DNA of 64,000 bases from a virus. Taxonomy: Duplodnaviria; Heunggongvirae; Uroviricota; Caudoviricetes. The position numbers and the translations under genes were made by a program. Location of the stretch: the IMG/VR virus record IMGVR_UViG_3300023202_000061; one strand, 5' to 3'. Below are positions 54,657-63,451 of this stretch, in pieces; the stretch's first letter is position 1, and every line of letters begins with the position of its first letter. The notes under the pieces were generated by a model, which was given only the letters and a program-made list of their open reading frames with translations, did not search any database and was not told the DNA's origin.

Positions 54657-55324
54657 TGGCAGGAATTAACTATCCATCAACAGATATCAAAGTGCTTACT
54701 GCACTGGAATCGATTCGTAAGCGTCCAGGTCTGTACTTTGGTAAAAACAAAGAGATCATCCCTCTCGCTATTTTACGAGAAGCTCTGTGCATCCCTCGTG
54801 CTTACGCTCGTGAAGGAAAAGCAACAAGGATTTATATCCGACTAAAAGAAGATGGTTGGATAGATATTATATGGGATTGTTCTATCCCTGCATGTGTTAG
54901 GCTTGCAGACGACAAGTCTGTTGCGGAGGCTTGGTTTGAGGATGTCTTTGGATGCAGGGATAGCAAACCACCGGAACACAAAGACCTTTGCCAAATTGGT
55001 CTAGTTGGACTCACGGCAATGGCTGGAGACATGTTTTGGGAAACCATTATTGACGGAGAGCTGTATCGCAAGAGCTATTACAAAGGTGTTTCTGATAAAG
55101 GATTGATTGGTCCTGACAAACCACCAGTTCAAACAGAGGGAGATGTTACCTCCATTTCTTTCAGGTTGGAGCATGAATTCATCAATGAGTGCCCGCTGAC
55201 CTATGACCAGATCATGGGTATTGCATCAATGCTTACAGAATTCAAAGATGTGAAGATTTCACAAGAACGAAGTCTAGAAGTCTCTTGGGAGAATGCTCCG
55301 CTACTGCGAGGTCGTGATGAGTGA
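54656..55324 (+). CDS. truncated GyrB/ParE N-terminal ATPase-like domain, degenerate
   Basis: YPSTDIKVLTALESIRKRPGLYFG resembles the GyrB N-terminal signature; canonical GHKL ATP-binding boxes are not preserved. Confidence 0.7.
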   Translation: MAGINYPSTDIKVLTALESIRKRPGLYFGKNKEIIPLAILREALCIPRAYAREGKATRIYIRLKEDGWIDIIWDCSIPACVRLADDKSVAEAWFEDVFGCRDSKPPEHKDLCQIGLVGLTAMAGDMFWETIIDGELYRKSYYKGVSDKGLIGPDKPPVQTEGDVTSISFRLEHEFINECPLTYDQIMGIASMLTEFKDVKISQERSLEVSWENAPLLRGRDE

Positions 55325-55493
55325 TTGGACATTACATGACATCAGCGCTGTCACCATGGCTAACATGGGTGAAAAAGAGTGGAGAGAATACAGGAGAGCT
55401 GAGGCAAAACGCAAAGCCTATCAGAAAGAGCGGAGTGAAGAGTTTGAGCGCATGAAAAGAGCCGAAGAAAGAGCTAAAGAGAGTGAGAAGTGA
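55317..55493 (+). CDS. small charged hypothetical protein
   Basis: Start moved to MSDWT. Confidence 0.55.
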   Translation: MSDWTLHDISAVTMANMGEKEWREYRRAEAKRKAYQKERSEEFERMKRAEERAKESEK

Positions 55494-55783
55494 TCTCTTT
55501 GATTCTAGCTCTATCGGTAACACCAGCTCAAAGAATAGATTACGCTGAGCATTACCATGAACACTTTTTGCCTGACAGAAAAAAGAATGAGTTGGCAGGT
55601 ACATCAGGTTCAGAATCACGTACTCTTTGGATTACATCTCCTAGGTGTTCTCAACGATGGCTGGAAGAGATTGTTCAAAACCATGGTGATGACATGAGGG
55701 AGCTTGAATTCATTACAGTTGAATGTTGGGAGCGTAAGGCAAACACTCCACCATTTGAAGTAAAACTGTTTTCGGGAAAATGA
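55490..55783 (+). CDS. hypothetical, possibly exported protein
   Basis: Hydrophobic N-terminus. Confidence 0.55.
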   Translation: MISLILALSVTPAQRIDYAEHYHEHFLPDRKKNELAGTSGSESRTLWITSPRCSQRWLEEIVQNHGDDMRELEFITVECWERKANTPPFEVKLFSGK

Positions 55784-55946
55784 GTAATGGACGAAGAACA
55801 AGCAGAACATGCAATTGAAAAACTTGGACCTGGGTGGTGGGCTGAATCTGCTGACTTTGGTGATGGAGAGGTATTTAGAGTAACCAACGGAGAGGAAGAG
55901 TTGTTTGACTCTCTTGAAGTAGTTCATTTTTTAGAGGAACTCTCTA

Positions 55947-56135
55947 ATGAAAGTTAACAAATGTCCTTGGTGTGAGGGTAACGCAAAGATCCAAACAAGG
56001 AGGACTGATCGTTCTAATACTAGAAATGCAGTTCATCGCTCTCAAGTTGTTTGCAACCGCTGCAAGACTCGCGGCCCTCTCTGTGAGATGGAGGAAGAAG
56101 CCATTTCCAAGTGGAACTTTGGGGTAACTAAATGA
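55947..56135 (+). CDS. Lar-family restriction-alleviation-like Zn ribbon protein
   Basis: CPWCEG...VVCNRCKTRGP...EEAISKWN. Confidence 0.7.
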   Translation: MKVNKCPWCEGNAKIQTRRTDRSNTRNAVHRSQVVCNRCKTRGPLCEMEEEAISKWNFGVTK

Positions 56136-56317
56136 AATTATCCTGGAGTGTAAGGGTTCCTTTGGTCCTCACGTATGTCATGCCCCTTTACCCTATGTAT
56201 TTGGGTGTAACTATGGACAACTACAGGTTTATCGTCATGGGTTTTATTCTTTTGATCGTACCTGTTTCTTTTAACTTTGCCTTACGTCAGAGTAAGAGAA
56301 ACTCAGAAGAGAGATGA
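56132..56317 (+). CDS. small membrane protein
   Basis: Two hydrophobic segments. Confidence 0.55.
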   Translation: MKLSWSVRVPLVLTYVMPLYPMYLGVTMDNYRFIVMGFILLIVPVSFNFALRQSKRNSEER

Positions 56318-56568
56318 ATCAAGAAGAAACCATTAAATGGGTTCGTGCTGAGCTTGAAAAGGTTCAAGAGATACACCAAGACCCGACCATTGAAAAATCT
56401 ATTATTGTAAGCAAAAATCTTCTAGACCTTTTGGAAGCAACTACGCAAGAACTAAAGGAAGCAAACAAAAAGGTTGAAGCCCTAATGATAGCTATAAGAA
56501 TAGCAACCAAGTGCGTATGCGGAAAAGAGCTAAGTCCTAAATGTTCCGTTTGTGATAATGATGAATAG
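56314..56568 (+). CDS. hypothetical protein with C-terminal Zn finger
   Basis: CVCG...CSVC. Confidence 0.65.
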   Translation: MNQEETIKWVRAELEKVQEIHQDPTIEKSIIVSKNLLDLLEATTQELKEANKKVEALMIAIRIATKCVCGKELSPKCSVCDNDE

Positions 56569-56578
56569 GAGAAAGAAA

Positions 56579-56872
56579 ATGAGTGATATCGAAAGTCCCT
56601 TGAAGAAAATGCATGGCAACTACAGTGAGGTCCCAAAAGGGATGAACATCATGGCTGTTATGGGTGCTGATGGTGATACCAAGCATCTCTGGGATTCTGA
56701 CAAGCCAGAAGAAGTCCAGGCAGCCAAAGAGGTATTCAATACTCTTGTCAAAGAAAAGAAGTACACAGCATTCATGACAAACAAGAAGGGTGGCAAGGGA
56801 GATGGGCCGGTCAAGGAGTTTGATCCTTCTGCTGGCGCTTACCTGTTCATACCACAAATGCGAGGTGGCTGA
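56579..56872 (+). CDS. small protein ending in Arg-Gly-Gly (candidate ubiquitin-like modifier)
   Basis: 97 aa after an AGGAGA RBS; GDTKHLWD...EVQAAKEVFNTL...EFDPSAG...PQMRGG-stop. Confidence 0.75.
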   Translation: MSDIESPLKKMHGNYSEVPKGMNIMAVMGADGDTKHLWDSDKPEEVQAAKEVFNTLVKEKKYTAFMTNKKGGKGDGPVKEFDPSAGAYLFIPQMRGG

Positions 56873-57579
56873 TGAGCTATGTGATTACCACTCCGGTTCT
56901 TACCAAGAAGGATGAAAAGCGAATGCTTGAGTTCTTTGGTAAGGAACTTCGACACTACGATGAGATTATCGGAGAGCCCCAGGAAGTGCGGTATGTCTCT
57001 GACCTCATTTCTGAGCGCCCGTACATCAAGTCCAAGTCCGTTGGGTTTTGGTACAATGCTGGGTTTGGGTATGATACTTTTCAGCGTGAGTATTACTACA
57101 CAATACTCAAGTGGATTGCTATCCAGGTAGGAAGAGAACGATCTAGTTTTGATGGAGAGTTCACCGGAGTAGGTAAACACATCTACACAACGTATGATGA
57201 GTATGAGTTCTGGCCCGTTCTTCTGGAAAAGCCTAAGAAGAAAGAGGCTATCTGGCGCTGGGTCGATAAGTACGGAATCAAGAAGAACAAAGATTCCATT
57301 GCTGAACAGCACGTTTCTATCGCTTCAAAATTTGGTATGGTTAAAAACCCAGATCCAAAATCTAGAAAGGGATTCGTCTCTCCCCTTATGTGGTCTGATG
57401 AGGTTATGGATTATTTCAACTCCAAAGACGCTAATAAGAAATACACCCAAGAAGAGGTGGATGATCATCGCAATGTCATGAGGATTGTTGTGAGGGATTT
57501 GTACTGGGACAAAGTTCTTGAAGGACTCGCTCCTATAAAGAAAGAGATGAGAAGACTGGATAAAGCCTGGAGGAAATAG
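56872..57579 (+). CDS. hypothetical protein
   Basis: 235 aa, TGATG coupling to the GG protein gene. Confidence 0.75.
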   Translation: MSYVITTPVLTKKDEKRMLEFFGKELRHYDEIIGEPQEVRYVSDLISERPYIKSKSVGFWYNAGFGYDTFQREYYYTILKWIAIQVGRERSSFDGEFTGVGKHIYTTYDEYEFWPVLLEKPKKKEAIWRWVDKYGIKKNKDSIAEQHVSIASKFGMVKNPDPKSRKGFVSPLMWSDEVMDYFNSKDANKKYTQEEVDDHRNVMRIVVRDLYWDKVLEGLAPIKKEMRRLDKAWRK

Positions 57580-57722
57580 ACCTTCTAGATGCTACATCTG
57601 AAGAGAGGTTGAAAAACTAGAGGTAGAGGACAAGTACAAAGCTGCTCTGGAAAAAGTGCCGGAGAAGATTCGTGCTATCTTGCCTGAGCCTATTCTTCAG
57701 GTAATCTGGAGCACTTCCTAAT

Positions 57723-58751
57723 ATGATTTCTAACATCATTTACGACACCCTAGAGTATGGTGATATCCCCATTTACAACATTGGTCGTGTAAATGATGTT
57801 AGATCATTTTGGCATTTTAATCCGGGATATAGGGTTGGGGATCCGATCACTGACCCTATCAATGCCATCTTTCAAAGAGATATCATTACCCAGCGTCATG
57901 ATGAAAGAGCTGCTTTTTGGGAAGAGAGGAATGTACAAGGAACAGATGCCAGAAGGCTTGAGGTTGGCGCTCTTGTCAACACAGATATTGATGCCACATT
58001 AAAAAACATCAAAGATAAGATTCTACCTTGGTTGGAGCAAATTCATGACCGCGCTCCAGATGTCCCCGGCACGCTCATCATTCCTATAAGGATGAGAGAG
58101 TGTATGCCCGCTCTTGATGTTAGGACAGGAGAAGAGGGTAACACTTGGCTGATAAAATTCGGGATGGCCTGGGTTCCGTACATCCAAATGGGAGAGCCAA
58201 TTCCTTGGGATCGGGTGTGTCCTAAAGAAATTGTTAAACAGCTCATCCTACGTGGAACTCCATACCTGGAAGAGGATATTCATCCTGTTACCACGAACAT
58301 TCTAAATAACAATATTGCTCGGCTTGATATCACAACTCTTCGTTGTTGGAACATCCAGAAGATTCGACGTGAGGAGGAAGCCGCAGAACAGCGTGCAAGA
58401 ATGCTTCTGTATAGATTCTTAACAGAAGGGCAGATTGTTGATTTTGAGGAGTCTGATTTCTTTCTTGTTAAGGGCTCTGACTATCGAACATACCGTCTTG
58501 AGAACAAATCAATGCACAACGTCTTTCTCATGAGCGGGGAGCGCAAAATTAAAGAGTTCTGCATTGTAAGTACAAAGAAAGTTCCAATCTGTGACCTTCT
58601 TCTTGGTCAAAAAATGATGTTGGAGAATTGTCCAGAGCAACTGTATGAGCAGTCCAACATATGGGACATCAACAAGTTTGGAGAGAAGAAATTTGTACAT
58701 AAAGCAAAAATACAAATGGGTCTTTTTCCTCCTTTTTCTCCTTTTTCTTGA
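57723..58751 (+). CDS. hypothetical protein with conserved C-terminal Cys-containing domain
   Basis: EQRARMLLYRFLTEGQ...FFLVKGSDYRTYRL...EFCIV...VPICDLLLGQKMMLEN. Confidence 0.75.
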   Translation: MISNIIYDTLEYGDIPIYNIGRVNDVRSFWHFNPGYRVGDPITDPINAIFQRDIITQRHDERAAFWEERNVQGTDARRLEVGALVNTDIDATLKNIKDKILPWLEQIHDRAPDVPGTLIIPIRMRECMPALDVRTGEEGNTWLIKFGMAWVPYIQMGEPIPWDRVCPKEIVKQLILRGTPYLEEDIHPVTTNILNNNIARLDITTLRCWNIQKIRREEEAAEQRARMLLYRFLTEGQIVDFEESDFFLVKGSDYRTYRLENKSMHNVFLMSGERKIKEFCIVSTKKVPICDLLLGQKMMLENCPEQLYEQSNIWDINKFGEKKFVHKAKIQMGLFPPFSPFS

Positions 58752-58858
58752 CTGTTTTTTAGAGATCCAGTACTCTCGCACAGCCTAGAATTCTAGGAAA
58801 TATACATTGGTGGGAACACAGCCCACAACAGTGGGATTGCGTCCCACGAGGAGATTTT

Positions 58859-59167
58859 ATGGGGGACAAAATCACGCCCGCACATTGCCCGTACTGCCTT
58901 AGAAAGCTTGGTGCAGCTGGACCGGGCGCTCATATTGGAGAAGAGCCTGAGCCTCCTCCTGGGCCAGGCAGTATTGGTCTTTGCGTGTACTGTGCAAAGC
59001 TCAGTATGATTGGGCCCGATGGCAATATGGTAAAGGTCACAGATGAAGAGTTTGAACAACTCCCTTTACTTATTCAGGTTGGTATCAAAGCACATCAACG
59101 GATTCTCAACAACGGCTTGAAAGATGAGATGTGCAAAGAATATAACAAAAATACAACGCTGAATTGA
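58859..59167 (+). CDS. Zn-ribbon protein, paralog of 61762-62049
   Basis: CPYC...PGPGSIGLCVYCA. Confidence 0.7.
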   Translation: MGDKITPAHCPYCLRKLGAAGPGAHIGEEPEPPPGPGSIGLCVYCAKLSMIGPDGNMVKVTDEEFEQLPLLIQVGIKAHQRILNNGLKDEMCKEYNKNTTLN

Positions 59168-59170
59168 AGT

Positions 59171-59602
59171 ATGAGCAATAACTGGAGAGATCAAAAACCA
59201 CCGCCCTCTCAAGAAGAGCAAAGGGCAGAGGCTATCATTAACCTTCTCAATGCTTTGAAAAAGAAAGAGGAAGACGAAAAGCCAACTGTACTTGGATGTC
59301 TTACGATCATTGTTCTTTTTGTTCCAGCAATCATTTGGGGAGCGTGGGTTTGGACCGTTCTTTGGAAATGGTTTATTGTACCTCTAGGAGTTGTACCAGT
59401 TGGTATCGCTCACATGGTTGCACTAAAAATGATGTATGCTCTTCTTACTGTTGATACATCAGAAAATAAAAATAAGTACTCAAACAAAAAAATGAAGGAA
59501 ACAATCTTTATGTGGTTTGTTAAGCCGCTGTTTATGTTGAGTATTGGTTGGGTTCTTCATTACTTTATGGGATTCAATCCCAATAATCTCCCTATGATGT
59601 AA
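59171..59602 (+). CDS. membrane protein
   Basis: Several hydrophobic helices. Confidence 0.7.
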   Translation: MSNNWRDQKPPPSQEEQRAEAIINLLNALKKKEEDEKPTVLGCLTIIVLFVPAIIWGAWVWTVLWKWFIVPLGVVPVGIAHMVALKMMYALLTVDTSENKNKYSNKKMKETIFMWFVKPLFMLSIGWVLHYFMGFNPNNLPMM

Positions 59603-59603
59603 C

Positions 59604-59972
59604 ATGTCTACTCGTGCAAGTATTTGGTACACAGATGATATTCATCTGTTCTATGAACTCATCCCGGAAGAACCCGAAGACGGGGATAGAGATCAGGTTC
59701 AGCTAACTTTACCTATGAAGTTTGTTGAAGGCATCTCCAAGTACGGAGTTCATGTTGCTTTGCCTAACGGCGTTATCAACGCCATTCATGAAAATGGTGT
59801 TCGTAAGCCAAAATCCCCTGAAGCATACCTTTTGAGAATCCAAGAGCTAGAGTTTCAAAACGCTCAAATGCATTCTCTTCTTCAAGAAGCTATCGACAGC
59901 ATTGAAAACAAAGACAAGGCCAATGCCTTAGCGGCAAATTACAACGAAAGATTTGCACCAAAAGATGAGTGA
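59604..59972 (+). CDS. hypothetical protein
   Basis: 122 aa. Confidence 0.7.
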   Translation: MSTRASIWYTDDIHLFYELIPEEPEDGDRDQVQLTLPMKFVEGISKYGVHVALPNGVINAIHENGVRKPKSPEAYLLRIQELEFQNAQMHSLLQEAIDSIENKDKANALAANYNERFAPKDE

Positions 59973-60414
59973 AGAGAAACGAAAATGCATCTGCTGTGGT
60001 GAAGTGATAGATGGTGGGTTCGTGGCTTTACATAGTCAAGGTGGTAACTATGGAAGCACTGTCTATGATAACATGGAGGGTTGGGATCCGACAGGTGGCA
60101 GTGGTCCTACTTTCGTTGATGCTCACATCTGTGATGACTGTTTCGTTATCAAGCTTCAAGATGACACCATTCATGCTTTTGTTAGTAAGAGGCCAGAAGT
60201 TCGACCCAGGACTTACCGAGTCAGATGGAATCCAAAGAGCGATGACAATGATTTCCGAGACCCAGAAGAAGACTGTCACAATTGTGTTGGGTCTGGAAGG
60301 GTTATCCATAGCGAGGATGAAGAGCGTATTGTAGTCTGTGATTACTGCGATGGATCTGGTAAGCAAATAGACTATTGGAAAAAACTAGACGAGGAAAAAG
60401 ATGAAGACAGCTAA
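59953..60414 (+). CDS. protein with a DnaJ-type Zn-finger pair
   Basis: CICCG...CDDC; CHNCVGSG...CDYCDGSG. Confidence 0.7.
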   Translation: MHQKMSEEKRKCICCGEVIDGGFVALHSQGGNYGSTVYDNMEGWDPTGGSGPTFVDAHICDDCFVIKLQDDTIHAFVSKRPEVRPRTYRVRWNPKSDDNDFRDPEEDCHNCVGSGRVIHSEDEERIVVCDYCDGSGKQIDYWKKLDEEKDEDS

Positions 60415-60709
60415 TGAACTGAGAGAAATTACCAAAGAAGCAGATAGTGGTATTGTTGCTAAGATGGCTGAAACTCTCATCAACGAGTGGCAACGCCAAT
60501 GTGAAAATGCTGCAACCAAGGGTAAATCATACTGGGAAGAAAACATCTCCAATAAACCAATTGAAAAGCCTGTTCTCATGAAGGTTTTGGAGTCTTTCAG
60601 ATCCTTTGGGTATGATGCTGTCGTTATCAATAGAAATGATCCTGGGGATTCAAATAATCCTTGGAGTGGTGGTACAGAGCGTTTCGTTGTTATTCGTTGG
60701 GGTCTGTAA
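60401..60709 (+). CDS. hypothetical protein
   Basis: 102 aa. Confidence 0.65.
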   Translation: MKTANELREITKEADSGIVAKMAETLINEWQRQCENAATKGKSYWEENISNKPIEKPVLMKVLESFRSFGYDAVVINRNDPGDSNNPWSGGTERFVVIRWGL

Positions 60710-60714
60710 TAAAA

Positions 60715-61548
60715 GTGAAACGAATTATCCCCATAGCTTTATTTGGCATCGCTTGCTCTAGCTCGTCTTGTTCCAAAACGGTAGTCCCGGAGGACCCACA
60801 TGATGACAATCAATCTGATGCCGACCCAACCGAGGTGGTATCAGACGAAGAAGACGGAGAGGAAAGTTCAACAACCGGAGAAGATGTTGAAGATCAACCT
60901 TCTGCCCCGCCAGAAGTGGTGGTCCCGCCTGTTCGGCCTGTAAAATGGACATGGCCCCTAGGGCTCGATGAGGGCCTTCGTAATGACGCCGGAGGCCAAG
61001 GATGGTTCGGAGCCCCACGAGGGACCAGAAAGCACACAGGGCTCGATTTGAAGGCTCCCACAGGCACGCCTGTGCTTGCCGTCTGCCCTGGGGATTACAT
61101 CACAGGAGATCAGCGCCCATACGGTACTTTTGCACGCCTTGTGTGTAAGATTCCAGAACAGGAACTATGGGTTTCTGTGATGTATGCACACCTCTCTTTG
61201 GTAAAAGAAGTCTCAGAGTTTACCCCTGTGAGAATTGGGGATGAAATTGGGGAGGTAGGTAAGTCTGGAAATGCTTCGGGTGATAATATAGATCCACACC
61301 TCCACATTGAGATGAGAATATGGCCTGATGAGGATTCAGCTAAGGCTGACACTTACTCCTTAAGAGATAAAGGTCCTGAGTATGATTGGGCTGAATTTGA
61401 AAACACTCTTTCCGAATGCACCTCTCTCAATAGTTCAATCGGATCTCGGCAAGATCATATGTTTGATCCCTTCTACATTCTTTTGTGCTTTGGAAATCTT
61501 CCCCCGGCCGTGAGTGAATCATGGTCAGAAAACTATCAGGATCTATAA
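60715..61548 (+). CDS. M23 family metallopeptidase, exported (possible lipoprotein)
   Basis: GTG start MKRIIPIALFGIAC; HTGLDLKAP (HxxxD), YAHL, PHLHIE (HxH). Confidence 0.85.
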   Translation: MKRIIPIALFGIACSSSSCSKTVVPEDPHDDNQSDADPTEVVSDEEDGEESSTTGEDVEDQPSAPPEVVVPPVRPVKWTWPLGLDEGLRNDAGGQGWFGAPRGTRKHTGLDLKAPTGTPVLAVCPGDYITGDQRPYGTFARLVCKIPEQELWVSVMYAHLSLVKEVSEFTPVRIGDEIGEVGKSGNASGDNIDPHLHIEMRIWPDEDSAKADTYSLRDKGPEYDWAEFENTLSECTSLNSSIGSRQDHMFDPFYILLCFGNLPPAVSESWSENYQDL

Positions 61549-61772
61549 TGGAAAAACCAGAAATTCTACAGCACTTCGAATACTCTCACCTTCCCGATCA
61601 CCTAAAGAAGATTTCTCAACCCTTCTTTGATATGGCGCATTCTCACATTGCCATGTTACCAGAGTGTGAGGAAAGAGACGTTGCTCTTCGCAAGCTTTTG
61701 GAGGCTAAAGATTGTGCTGTACGTGCTGCTTTAGTAAGGCCCACTGAAAGAGGCGGACCAGATGACAGGTAA
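61548..61772 (+). CDS. conserved small helical phage protein (possible Acb2/Tad1-like hairpin)
   Basis: ILQHFEYSHLP...ISQPF...ERDVALRKLLEAKDCAVRA. Confidence 0.65.
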   Translation: MEKPEILQHFEYSHLPDHLKKISQPFFDMAHSHIAMLPECEERDVALRKLLEAKDCAVRAALVRPTERGGPDDR

Positions 61773-62049
61773 AACAGAATATCTTGCACATACCTATCAA
61801 GTTCAAGATACTCATAGGTGTCCTGATTGTGATAGGGTAATGGATGCTGCCACAGGGATAACAGAGGATGCAGTTCCGAGAGATGGGGACTTCTCTCTGT
61901 GTGCTTACTGTGGTTCGGTAAATAGATTCTTTCAAGGTAAGTTGCTTAAAGCAACAGAGGAAGAAGAGAAAATCATTGATCCTGAGCAATACAGGTTACT
62001 GAAAATTATTCAGGCAAAGATAAGGTCTGACAATTCTGCAAGAAATTGA
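61762..62049 (+). CDS. Zn-ribbon protein, paralog of 58859-59167
   Basis: CPDC...PRDGDFSLCAYCG. Confidence 0.7.
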   Translation: MTGKTEYLAHTYQVQDTHRCPDCDRVMDAATGITEDAVPRDGDFSLCAYCGSVNRFFQGKLLKATEEEEKIIDPEQYRLLKIIQAKIRSDNSARN

Positions 62050-62456
62050 TGTCCCAAAAATCCAAAGAGTTTCAAATAGACTGGCGGATGAAGGTCAGTA
62101 TTAACGAGGATAATCATTACCTCGTATCATTCGCTGTTGAGTCATTTACTCTAATCTTACACCCGCATGAATGGCGTAAATTCTACATGCAAGTTAAGGA
62201 TGCTTTTACTGAGGGCAAATCTGAAAGAGTTTTCTATTACGAAGCTGAAAAGAACATGCTTCCATGGGAAACAGCTCTCGTTACAATGGAACGTAATGAT
62301 GATTCAGATCCTCATGTGATATTCTCATTTCATGAAGCGTCACATGAGGAAAATATTAGTAATGGCAGTGAGGAAAATATTGTAAAGGGTGAGGTTCTCT
62401 GTGAAGACATTGAAGTATCTGAAGAAGATATCGCTATGCTTTTCTGGAGAATGTAA
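62046..62456 (+). CDS. hypothetical protein
   Basis: 136 aa. Confidence 0.65.
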   Translation: MMSQKSKEFQIDWRMKVSINEDNHYLVSFAVESFTLILHPHEWRKFYMQVKDAFTEGKSERVFYYEAEKNMLPWETALVTMERNDDSDPHVIFSFHEASHEENISNGSEENIVKGEVLCEDIEVSEEDIAMLFWRM

Positions 62457-62653
62457 TGGATGAATGGAACGAAGAAGATCCTATTGATCCGGGAAAGTAT
62501 AGGACACTTCACTCAGCAGGAATAGAAAACGAAAATGGAGTTGAGAAAACTTACACAGCACTCACATATTGGGATGGTAAAACCTGGGTAGATCTTTCCT
62601 ATCAGTGGTGGCCCATTGGGTGGGTGTACATATCAGAGGAAGAAAATGACTAA
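62456..62653 (+). CDS. hypothetical protein
   Basis: 65 aa, Trp-rich. Confidence 0.6.
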   Translation: MDEWNEEDPIDPGKYRTLHSAGIENENGVEKTYTALTYWDGKTWVDLSYQWWPIGWVYISEEEND

Positions 62654-63095
62654 TAAGAAAAACACCAAAACTATCAAGGGCGAATGCAACTGGACAGTAA
62701 CCAAGGTGGTCATTGAAAATGAAGAACTTTGGAAGGTTGAAGGTCCCAACTTTAATCAAAACTTGTATCCCTTAAATATGATTCATAACTCACCGATTTG
62801 TAGTATAGATCAAGCTATATGGGATCAAATCTATCGTTTCTATGAACAAACAAGAACTATTATCGATCATTGTGTTGTCCGCTCTGATACTGGACATCTG
62901 CTTGAGGTAGAATGGCATTGTGGTGCGACTCCTTATGCCTCTTTCACGAGAGGTAATGTTTGCTTTTGCATGAACTACGATGAGATTCGCAAATGCAAAT
63001 GGTTAGAAAAAGAATCTAAACTTCACCTTCTTGAAGTTATTGATGTTGAAGAGTTTTTTAAGGCCAATGGGCATCCAAAGGGTTTCAAAAAGTGA
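62646..63095 (+). CDS. hypothetical protein
   Basis: Start moved to MTNKK. Confidence 0.65.
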   Translation: MTNKKNTKTIKGECNWTVTKVVIENEELWKVEGPNFNQNLYPLNMIHNSPICSIDQAIWDQIYRFYEQTRTIIDHCVVRSDTGHLLEVEWHCGATPYASFTRGNVCFCMNYDEIRKCKWLEKESKLHLLEVIDVEEFFKANGHPKGFKK

Positions 63096-63451
63096 GATGC
63101 GCAGACAGCTACGTTCGACTATCGTCTGATGAGATGGCTGTCTTAGCGCGGGATGCTATTGCTGGAATTGAAAAGCGTAGAGAAGAAAGAAGGCAAGAAC
63201 TTATTCGTTGGAATGATGAGTGGAAGAAGAAGTACAGCAAAGCCAATTGGCTTATGCGTATCTTTATGAAGAAACCACTTGATCACCCAAAGGATGAAGA
63301 GCCATTCCTCGGTCTAAACGAATGGTATGGGGTTGACATTATTGCTAGAAAATGGGAAGAACTAGCCTCTACCCTTGCGGCCGAAAAGCGAGAAGTCTTT
63401 GTAAGCGCAAGTGATTTAAAAGCCCTTCGGGGTTGGACCGGAAGGTCATGA
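63092..63451 (+). CDS. hypothetical protein
   Basis: 119 aa coupled ORF. Confidence 0.65.
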   Translation: MRCADSYVRLSSDEMAVLARDAIAGIEKRREERRQELIRWNDEWKKKYSKANWLMRIFMKKPLDHPKDEEPFLGLNEWYGVDIIARKWEELASTLAAEKREVFVSASDLKALRGWTGRS

